Part shown: in pieces, positions 56,423-64,000 of the stretch
Numbering within the stretch: position 1 is the stretch's first letter
Layout: every line of letters starts with the position of its first letter
Assembly (NCBI GenBank): GCA_050248855.1
Contig: JBFWRP010000002.1
Span: 234,608 to 298,607 of the forward strand
Direction of reading: 5' to 3'
Length of the DNA stretch: 64,000 nucleotides
Origin: Planctomycetota bacterium
GTDB taxonomy: Bacteria > Planctomycetota > PLA2 > JAEUHO01
The notes under the pieces: generated by a model
The model's input: only the letters and a program-made list of their open reading frames with translations
Databases searched by the model: none
Told to the model about the DNA's origin: nothing
Translations under genes and position numbers: made by a program

Positions 56423-57394
56423 TCAGCGGGCTTCGAGCACGTGGATCGCGCCGCCGCCGCAGGCGACGACCAAGCGTGAGCCGCGAGGGTCGTAGGCCAG
56501 CGAGAACACGGCTTCGTCGAAGCGGTCGAGAAGTGCCGTCGAGGTTCCTCGCTCCACGTCCCAGAGTCGAACCGTCCAGTCGGCGCTCCCGCTGGCCAGC
56601 TGGCGACCCGAGGGGTCGAAGGCCATAGCGTAGATGGTCTGCCCGTGGCCGTCGAACACCCGTGCGCTCCCCATGCCACCGTCGCTCACCACATGCACGC
56701 GGCCATCGCCCGCACCGACGGCCACATGGCGCACGCTGACGGCGAGGGAGATCAGCGGTGCGCTCGTGATGCGCCGGTGCAGCACGATGCGGCCATCGGC
56801 CACGCGGTAGCCGCGCAGCACACCGTCCTGCGCCACGGTGAACAGGAGACGCTCGTCGTGGCTGAAGGCCGCCGACCAGATCGGCGCGCCTTGCGCCTGC
56901 ACGCGTCGCAGAAGCCGCCCGTCGGCGAGCCGCGTCAGGGCGAGGGATCCGTCATCGGCTCCCGAGGCCACGACACCGCGTCGACGCGCGAGGGCGATGG
57001 CGTGCACAACGTCACCGTGGACGCGGATCACGTGGCGCGGTACGGCCGTGGCCAGCTCGTGCAAGCGGGCCAGGTGGTCCGTAGCTCCGCTCGCCACGCC
57101 GGCGTGCGCTCGACCGAGCGCCACGCACGCCACTCAGGGGTCGCGCTCCCCCTGCCGGGGCGCGCTCCAGCTGGCCCGTGCCGTCCAAGTCGCCGTGTCC
57201 CAAACGCGCAGGCGCCGGTCCGACCCGCCCGACACCAGCCAGCGTCCCGTGTCGTCGAATGCCACCGCCCGCGCCCGCGTCGCGTGGGCCTCGAGCACCC
57301 GGACCGCTTCGTAGTGCGGGGGATCGGCCGCCAGCGGTCCGGCCGTGGCCACGAGCGTCGCGGCGAGCGCGAGCAGGCATGCGGTCGACCTCAT
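56423..57394 (-). pseudogene. Secreted WD40-repeat protein interrupted by one in-frame TGA (57134-57136); pseudogene or recoded
   Basis: ORFs 57134-57394 and 56423-57133 are in the same frame. WD repeats on both sides (SGGSDRRLRVWD; GHGQTIYAMAF..SGSADWTVRLWD). Confidence 0.75.
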
Positions 57395-57467
57395 GGGTGA
57401 AGTCTGGCATGCGCCACGGGAGGGCGGAAGTCGCTATGCTGGAAAGGCCTCGCATGCGGAGGTGCCC

Positions 57468-59498
57468 ATGACGTCGAGAAGATGCATCGTGATCGTGGCC
57501 TTGGTGGGGCTGCATGCATACGGGCCCGTGTTCGCTGACGAACCGCAGGCCTCTACGCCACTTGCACAGGCTGTCGAAGCGCTTTCGTCCGCGGATGTGA
57601 AGACACGCCAGCAGGCGGCGTACGCGCTCTGGAGCCTCGGTGATGCTGCGCAGTCGCAAGCGCTCGCCATCGCCACCGTACTCCGCGACGACGATGACTA
57701 CGTTCGCGCCACGGTCACGCGGGTACTGGAGCGTTGGCGCGCCGAGACGGCGCCCGGCGTCTTGGAGCCGGCTCGTCAGCTGTTCTTGGAGGCGCTTGCC
57801 GATCGACGGGCCGACGTGCGGCTGGCCGGCGCCAAGCTGCTCTGGCGGTCAGGCCCCCTGCCTGCCTCCTTCCTCGAGCATGCGTTCCCCGCGCTGCTCG
57901 GGTGTCTGGAGGACGACGATCCGCAGCTCTTGGCCACGGCCGCCGCGCTCGTTGCGCAGCGCGGTGCCGACGGGCACGCGGCACTCTCACGACTTGTAGC
58001 GCTCTCGACGCACGAGGACCCCGAGGTGCGCACTTGGTCGCTGCAGGCCATCGGGTTGATTGCACCGCGCGAGGCGGTCCCCGCCTTGATCGCACGCCTC
58101 GGCGACGACGACGACGCCTCGCGCTTCGCGGCTGCCTCAGCACTCGCCGCCACGGGCGAGCCGTGGATGCCCGAAGTGGACGACGCGATCTTGGCCGAGG
58201 CCGAACGCGATCCACCGCGCATGACCGAGCTGCAAGTCGTCCAGACGGCCTGGGCGCACGCAAGCCCGCGCATGGTCCCGCTGCTCGAGCGCATGGCCCG
58301 CAACGCCAAAGACCCCCAGGCCCGTTCGTCGGCGGTGCATGCGCTCGCCCAGCAGGTCGACCGTGAGGCGCTCGACGTGTTGCTCGCCGCGGCGCAGGAT
58401 CCCGATCCGGCGGTTCGCCAAGCGGTGCTTACGGCGCTCGCGAACCTGGGCGTCGACGCGGCGCCCGCCATGCCGCTGCTGCTCGCGGCCATCAAGGGCG
58501 AGGATGCGACCGCTCGCAGCGCGGCGTGCATCACCCTCGCGCGACTCGGGCCGGTCGCCCGCGAGGGGCTGGACGCCGTGCTCGACGCCCTCGATGCCAC
58601 GCCCCCCCAAGAGACGTTCGGCGTGGTCGCCGCCGTGGCGGGGCTGGCCAACGACGGGTTCCTGACGCGCGAGCACGCTGTCCGCGTCGTGCCCCGACTC
58701 GCAGCAGTTCTCGAGCTGGCGCGTGCGACCAGCAACCCGACGCTCGCTCTCCAGCCGCTCGCTGCGTTGGGTGCCCTGCGGGAGAGGGCCTCCGCGGCTA
58801 CGCGCGCCCTGGTTTCGTGCCTCGTGCCCGAGGCCGATCCCCAGCTGCGGTACTTGGCCATCAACGTCCTGCGGCTCATCGGCCCCGCCGCCGCGACGGC
58901 CGCACCTGCCCTCCGGGCATTGGCCACGGGCGAAGGCGACGAGGCCGCCGTGGCCCGCGTCGCGTTGATGCGCCTCGAAGCGCGTCCGGAAGACGTCGAG
59001 CAGGGAGCGGCGTGGTTCCGAAGCGCGCTCGACGACAGCGAGCGGCGGAGCCTGGCGCTCGGCTTCCTGTCCGCTCAGGGCGCCTCCGCAGCGGCCCTCG
59101 TGCCGCAGTTGGAGAAGCTGGCGGCCCGAGACGACCGTCACGCCATCGGGGCCTGCGTGGCGCTGATAGGCCTCGGGCATCTCGAGTCCGGGCAGGCTCT
59201 CGAGCGACTTCTTCCCGCACTCGCTGATGGCCGCGCGGCCCCCTGGACCGGATTGCTCTCCGAGCTCGGACCCGAGGCGGCGCTTGCAGCCGAGGCGTTG
59301 GCTGCCGCCGCGCCGCAGGCAACAGACGGGGGTCGTTCGGCGATCGCCCGTGCCCTTGGACGCATCGGCGTGAAGAGCGATGCGGTCCGCACGGCCCTCG
59401 CGGAGCTCCGCAACGACAGCTCCCCGTGGATCCGAACCCGCGCCGCCGTCTCCCAAGCCCGCCTCGGCTTCGACGCGCCTGGCGACTCGCCCAAGTAG
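57468..59498 (+). CDS. Secreted HEAT-repeat protein
   Basis: GGAGG RBS, signal peptide, repeated D.D..VR..A..AL units. Confidence 0.85.
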   Translation: MTSRRCIVIVALVGLHAYGPVFADEPQASTPLAQAVEALSSADVKTRQQAAYALWSLGDAAQSQALAIATVLRDDDDYVRATVTRVLERWRAETAPGVLEPARQLFLEALADRRADVRLAGAKLLWRSGPLPASFLEHAFPALLGCLEDDDPQLLATAAALVAQRGADGHAALSRLVALSTHEDPEVRTWSLQAIGLIAPREAVPALIARLGDDDDASRFAAASALAATGEPWMPEVDDAILAEAERDPPRMTELQVVQTAWAHASPRMVPLLERMARNAKDPQARSSAVHALAQQVDREALDVLLAAAQDPDPAVRQAVLTALANLGVDAAPAMPLLLAAIKGEDATARSAACITLARLGPVAREGLDAVLDALDATPPQETFGVVAAVAGLANDGFLTREHAVRVVPRLAAVLELARATSNPTLALQPLAALGALRERASAATRALVSCLVPEADPQLRYLAINVLRLIGPAAATAAPALRALATGEGDEAAVARVALMRLEARPEDVEQGAAWFRSALDDSERRSLALGFLSAQGASAAALVPQLEKLAARDDRHAIGACVALIGLGHLESGQALERLLPALADGRAAPWTGLLSELGPEAALAAEALAAAAPQATDGGRSAIARALGRIGVKSDAVRTALAELRNDSSPWIRTRAAVSQARLGFDAPGDSPK

Positions 59499-59508
59499 GT
59501 GCGCTTGG

Positions 59509-61908
59509 TCAGTCGCTTGGCAGCGTGAGTGTCACCTCTGTCGTTTGATCCGCACGGACTTCGAAGGTCCCCGCGGCCTCGCGCCGCTCCCCGTGCTGTC
59601 TCTCCAGGTCGTAGCGCACGCGCCACGGACCGGGTGCCAGTTGGAAGTCGGCAGACGCGCCACCGGGCCACGCGTGCAGGAACCAGTGGTGGTCGAGGTC
59701 CGCGTCCCAGGGGCTGTCCGCGTCGCGCTTCAAGACGAGCTGGCCGCCCGAGCATGTCTCTCCGACCGCATCCACGACCCGTAGGCGGAGCGTGCCAGGC
59801 TGTTCCAACACCAGGTCACGGCGCGTGGAGACACCCGCGAGCTCGATCACGTCGAAGCTCGTTGGATGGCCCGGGGCGTCAATCCGGACCCACACCGGAC
59901 GCTGGGGAAGTCCCGTGAAGCGAAAGCTGCCGTCTGCGGCGGTGGTTCGCCTCTCGTCCAGCCACCGCTCGGTCAGGAGCACTCGAGCGTCGGCGACAGG
60001 CTCCCCCCCCGACGCTCGCACGATGCCCGTGAGCTCACAGCTCGCCTGCAAGTGCAACGTGCCCATGTCGACGTCGCTTGCCGGATCCATCGCAGGCAGC
60101 TCGTGCAGGGCCAGACGGCCGTCACGATCCTCGACGCGCAGGAGGACAGGCATGGCGGGTTCGGGCATCGGGAACTCGAACCGGCCATCCTTGCTCGTGC
60201 TCCACCTGCCATTCCCGTTCGTCGCCCGCGAGTACATGCCGAAGCGAAGCTCGCTGTCCACGATTCCGGCGATGCGACCGCGCAACCGACCGTGCGGGCC
60301 CAACACGATGCGCACGGGCTCGGTCCCCGGCCGTACGTTCTCGACGTTCACGGCCGAGCGGAACCCGCCACGGGCCTCGAACAGGCCGTATCCGGCGCGA
60401 ATCCAGAGTGTGCCGGCTTCATCGGGAAGCCCCTCCAAGGCAAACCTACCTTCCTCATCCGCCGCGCCCATGACGGTATCGCTCGCGCTCACGAACCAGA
60501 CGGACGCACCAGGGACGGGAAGGCCATCCGGGTAGGTCAAGGATCCGCGGATCGAGCCGCCAACTGGCACCGCCAACGTGACCGAGAGATCGCCTCCGGG
60601 CGGCAGATGGACCTCGGTCTCGATGTTGGGGGAACCCGGCGGCCAGGCGCGCACGCGCCAGGTGCCTGGAGGGAGGTCGTGGAACAGTGTGGCGCCTTGC
60701 TCGTAGGGGAGCTCCTCCCGGTTCTCGATGTCGAGGCGTCCACGAGCCGAGACGAGATCGATCTGGATGCCCTCGAGTGGCTGACCACTTGCACCTTCGA
60801 CGCGGACGCGCAGTGTGCCCGGCGCGCCCAGCTGAAGGTCCTCCCGGTGGGTCGCATCCTCGGGGCGAAGGGTGAAGGCGCCACTCGAGGCCAGCAACAA
60901 TCGACCCCGCGACACGAGCACGACCCACGGTTCTTCGATTCCCACGCCCTCGAACACGTAGGAGCCGTCCGGCGCCGTTGGCACAGGCTCGCGCCCCATG
61001 GCCCAGACGTCGTTGCGCGTGAGGAAGTGCATCAGCGGCAGGCGGTCTTGGACGCGGGACACGATGCGCTCAGGAAAGAGCCAGACCAGGTGCCCCGGGG
61101 CAGGCTCGCCGCGCGCGGTTGCGACCCGGCCCTCCACGCGACATGGACCACCCATGTGGAGGGTCACCATCTCGGGCCACGGCGTCTCGAAGTAGGCACG
61201 CCCTGGCCTCAGCCCACCCGAGGACGCTACGAGCAGCAGGCTGGGCGCGGGCGGCAAGCCTCCGATCCGGAAGCGACCATCGGCGTCGGTCGTTGCGAGC
61301 CTGCCCACCTCGATGTCGCGTGTAGGAGCACTTGTCGGGTCGTAGGCCCGAACGATGGCTCCTGGCAGGGGGCGGCCGTCCGGTCGCTCCAGCACCTGAC
61401 CGCGCACGGAGCGCCCAGGACCGAGATGCACCGAGGACGTCTCGCCGCGGCGTAGCTGCGCGCCTCCGCTCTCGTATCCCTCCGCGTGGACACGGACCTG
61501 AACGGACTCGATGAGCGTGGGGTCCACGATCTCAAGCGACCCCGTGGCGTCCGTCGTTCCCCAGCCGAGCCAGACATCGGGGCCCGAGTCGTTCCATGGG
61601 CGGCGCTGGAGGCGTTCGACGTGCGCGCCACCCAGGGGCGTGCTCTCCAAGTCCCGCACGTTGATCTTGAACGGTATGCTGGCATGGTCTACGCTGGCCG
61701 AGTTCGCGTTCGGCGTTGGATGCAGTGGTGCTTCGTGTTCGCGGTCGGCGGCCCCCTGCGCTCTGCCCACGAGTGAAGGGCCGGTGCCGACATCTGCGGC
61801 TTCCTTCGTTTGGGGGAGGTTGGTCGGCGACCCGTCGTGCCCGCTCCACCACGCCACGACGCTGCCGATCAGGCAGGCCACCGCCAGCAAACCGGACCAA
61901 CCTCTCAT
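59509..61908 (-). CDS. Membrane-anchored protein with repeated carboxypeptidase-regulatory-like domains
   Basis: N-terminal TM and repeated G.P..GA.V / TDADGRF...GLP modules. Confidence 0.85.
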   Translation of the reverse strand: MRGWSGLLAVACLIGSVVAWWSGHDGSPTNLPQTKEAADVGTGPSLVGRAQGAADREHEAPLHPTPNANSASVDHASIPFKINVRDLESTPLGGAHVERLQRRPWNDSGPDVWLGWGTTDATGSLEIVDPTLIESVQVRVHAEGYESGGAQLRRGETSSVHLGPGRSVRGQVLERPDGRPLPGAIVRAYDPTSAPTRDIEVGRLATTDADGRFRIGGLPPAPSLLLVASSGGLRPGRAYFETPWPEMVTLHMGGPCRVEGRVATARGEPAPGHLVWLFPERIVSRVQDRLPLMHFLTRNDVWAMGREPVPTAPDGSYVFEGVGIEEPWVVLVSRGRLLLASSGAFTLRPEDATHREDLQLGAPGTLRVRVEGASGQPLEGIQIDLVSARGRLDIENREELPYEQGATLFHDLPPGTWRVRAWPPGSPNIETEVHLPPGGDLSVTLAVPVGGSIRGSLTYPDGLPVPGASVWFVSASDTVMGAADEEGRFALEGLPDEAGTLWIRAGYGLFEARGGFRSAVNVENVRPGTEPVRIVLGPHGRLRGRIAGIVDSELRFGMYSRATNGNGRWSTSKDGRFEFPMPEPAMPVLLRVEDRDGRLALHELPAMDPASDVDMGTLHLQASCELTGIVRASGGEPVADARVLLTERWLDERRTTAADGSFRFTGLPQRPVWVRIDAPGHPTSFDVIELAGVSTRRDLVLEQPGTLRLRVVDAVGETCSGGQLVLKRDADSPWDADLDHHWFLHAWPGGASADFQLAPGPWRVRYDLERQHGERREAAGTFEVRADQTTEVTLTLPSD

Positions 61909-61954
61909 GCCGCCAGTCTAGGACGTGCGCAGAGGGCAGGTCGAGGGGCCAGTT

Positions 61955-62464
61955 TCAGCGATCGGTGCCGGGCGCCTCCTGCGGGTCATCGTCCGGCGGC
62001 ACGTCAACCTCGCCCATGATGGGCTTCCCCAGCATGCGCTCGGGGGGAACGGCGATCAGACCTTGGACGTGCGTGACGTCCGGGGGCGGGTCGGTCGGCT
62101 CGGGGGGCGTCGGTGCGACCGTGCGCTCGCAGGCCGAGAGCCAGAGCGTGGACAGGGCGCCGAGGAGGCTGGCGGCGAGCGAGCGCCAGCGGTGCAGCCG
62201 CCGCGCGGCCGGCGGGCCCCGGTCGTCGAGCGTGACGACCGTCCCGTTCGGGCGGCGCGTCATGCGGGTGCAGAGACGCCCCGTCGTGCTTGCCACGAGG
62301 GACTCGCCCTCCGCGCGCGTCATGGCCGACAAGTCGTGGACGTGAAGCTCGCACTGCCGGCAGAAGCGCGTGCGGTCATCGCCCTCCATGTCGGCCCAGG
62401 AGGCCGGACACGGCGCGGCGATCTTCAGGCCTTCGAGCTGGACGAGGCGGCCAGGGGCATGCAT
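61955..62464 (-). CDS. Small protein with an N-terminal Cys-motif domain and a TM/lipobox-like segment
   Basis: PCPASWADM..RFCRQCELHVHDLS...LC, followed by LLGALSTLWLSAC. Start is uncertain (62464 or 62497). Confidence 0.7.
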   Translation of the reverse strand: MHAPGRLVQLEGLKIAAPCPASWADMEGDDRTRFCRQCELHVHDLSAMTRAEGESLVASTTGRLCTRMTRRPNGTVVTLDDRGPPAARRLHRWRSLAASLLGALSTLWLSACERTVAPTPPEPTDPPPDVTHVQGLIAVPPERMLGKPIMGEVDVPPDDDPQEAPGTDR

Positions 62465-62547
62465 GGGCAGGCTCCGCGGGAGGTGCCCGTGAGACACGGT
62501 GGGCGAGAGCGAGTTCCGCGCCTTCGGGGGGCTCCGCCACCTGCGGA

Positions 62548-63855
62548 CTACGGACCGATGAGGAGGTCGATCTCCAGGCGCCGATCACCGCGGGTGAGGA
62601 CGACCGGAACGGTGCGCGCCTTCACGGCGCGACCTTGCGCGTACCAGAGAAGGTCGTCCTCGCGCGCGAAGCCGTCTTCGCCGTCGAAGCTGATCAGCAC
62701 GTCGCCGGCTCGGATGCCCGCCTTCTTGGCGCGATCGTGCGGGGGAAAGCGGCCTACGTGCTTGACGCGCAGGGCCCCGTCCACGGTCTCCAGGCGCATG
62801 CCGCCGAGTGCCCGTTGGCGCAGCGGCCACGTCGAGACGCGCCAGCTCATGTCGTCGCTTCGCCGCCAGCCCTTCGCCAGCTTCCAGGCCAGCGTCGTCT
62901 CCACGTCGCCGCGTCGCACGATGGCTTCGAGCGTGGCACCCCGTGCGGGCGTGTGGTGCAGCATCCACTGCACATCGGCGATCGAGAGGATCGGCTGGCC
63001 CTCCAGACGTAGCAGCTCGTCGCCCACCTGGAAGCCGGCGCGAGCGGCCGGCGTGTCGGCGGCGACGCTCGCGACCGTGGCGCACGTGTCGGGATCGAGC
63101 GTCAAGCCCAGCGCGCGCGGGTTGGGGTACGGGAAGAAGAGCTCCTCGGGCAAGGGCCCGCGCTCGAGCACTTCCGCCCGCTCCGCGTCGCCGATCTGGT
63201 GGCAGTGGATGCACGAAGGTACCTGCGGGCCGTCCTTCGCCAGGGTCGGCCCGTAGCGGTCCTTCAACGTGGGGTAGCGCTCCGGTGTGGACACGCGCGG
63301 CTTGGGCCCACGCTTGGCCGCCAGGGCTTCGCGATCGCGGGGCCACGCCGCGTGCATCTCCAGCGCCTTCTCGAGGGCCGCGGCCAAGCCTTGGACCGAC
63401 GTGGCGTCCCCCTCGTCCTGGGCCGCACTGCGCGTCCCGTAGCGACCGTAGATGGTGCCGTCGGCACGCAGCAGGAACACGGCGGAAGACTGGTCGGTGT
63501 CGAACTGGAACGTGGAGAGATCCAAACCGTTCGTGCGGATCAAGCGCACGCGCACGAACTGCTCCAGCAGCGGCTTCACATGGGGGTCGGTCTCGACGAG
63601 CTCCTCGTCGAGCCTCACGCACTGCTCGCACGGGATGCAGCGGAGTGCCACGACCAGCGGCTTGTCGGTTCGTTGGGCCTCCTTGCGCGCCGCCTCGTAG
63701 TCGTCGTAGATCCAGAAGCCCGCCGCCGTCACGCGAGCGCGGTCGTCCTTCAGCTTCTCCTCGCGGTTCTTGCCGTCGGCACGCGCCGCGACGTGGAGCG
63801 CAGCGATCACGGACAGTCCCAGGAGCAGCGGTGCGGCCAACCGGCGTAGGGGCAT
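62548..63855 (-). CDS. Exported thioredoxin-like (Trx7)/PDZ protein with a CxxCH motif
   Basis: Signal peptide, KPLVVALRCIPCEQC, SCIHCHQ, two PDZ-like segments (TPAARAGFQVGD; AKKAGIRAGDV). Confidence 0.85.
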   Translation of the reverse strand: MPLRRLAAPLLLGLSVIAALHVAARADGKNREEKLKDDRARVTAAGFWIYDDYEAARKEAQRTDKPLVVALRCIPCEQCVRLDEELVETDPHVKPLLEQFVRVRLIRTNGLDLSTFQFDTDQSSAVFLLRADGTIYGRYGTRSAAQDEGDATSVQGLAAALEKALEMHAAWPRDREALAAKRGPKPRVSTPERYPTLKDRYGPTLAKDGPQVPSCIHCHQIGDAERAEVLERGPLPEELFFPYPNPRALGLTLDPDTCATVASVAADTPAARAGFQVGDELLRLEGQPILSIADVQWMLHHTPARGATLEAIVRRGDVETTLAWKLAKGWRRSDDMSWRVSTWPLRQRALGGMRLETVDGALRVKHVGRFPPHDRAKKAGIRAGDVLISFDGEDGFAREDDLLWYAQGRAVKARTVPVVLTRGDRRLEIDLLIGP

Positions 63856-64000
63856 GGGCCCTCCCGCGAAGAGCCTAGGAGTCTGCGCCACAGATCGCGT
63901 ACACGGCGCCACCCCCGTCCTGCGGCGCGGATTCCTGGATTCCAGCTTCGGCGAAGCACGTGAATCGGCTTGAACGCCCCTTCGCTCGGTCGGCGCGGGC

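Noticed and set aside
57134..57136. Genome-wide TGA reassignment
   Set aside because: Many conserved genes here (menA, menB, menD, ileS, acs) end at TGA at the expected length, so TGA is a normal stop.

Overview
This is very GC-rich DNA from a diderm bacterium (lpxK and gspK are present). The many signal-peptide HEAT, carboxypeptidase-regulatory-like, FG-GAP and SUMF1 proteins and the kinase style suggest Planctomycetota, which is an inference. About 48 credible CDS are present; most other long ORFs in the track are GC-driven shadow frames. Housekeeping content: a classical menaquinone cluster (menF-menD-menH-[GT4]-menB-menA-menC/menE fusion, plus a probable DHNA-CoA thioesterase), type-2 ileS, acs, a glutaryl-CoA-dehydrogenase-like gene, a heterodimeric MdlA/MdlB-type exporter, lpxK, a split formiminotransferase/cyclodeaminase and an orphan gspK. 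No rRNA, tRNA, CRISPR array, transposase or integrase was recognised. Most interesting observations: (1) a family of 98-bp GTACGGAG-ended palindromic elements with co-varying arms and an apparent filled/empty site pair, embedded in a modular system of intergenic repeats; (2) a secreted WD40 gene with one in-frame TGA in a TGA-x-x-Cys context followed by a SECIS-like hairpin (nonsense allele versus selenoprotein); (3) two exported Cys-rich low-complexity proteins plus DoxX/MauE and thioredoxin genes around a tandem-kinase/AAA/TPR protein; (4) a MenC-MenE fusion, with a glycosyltransferase inside the men operon.
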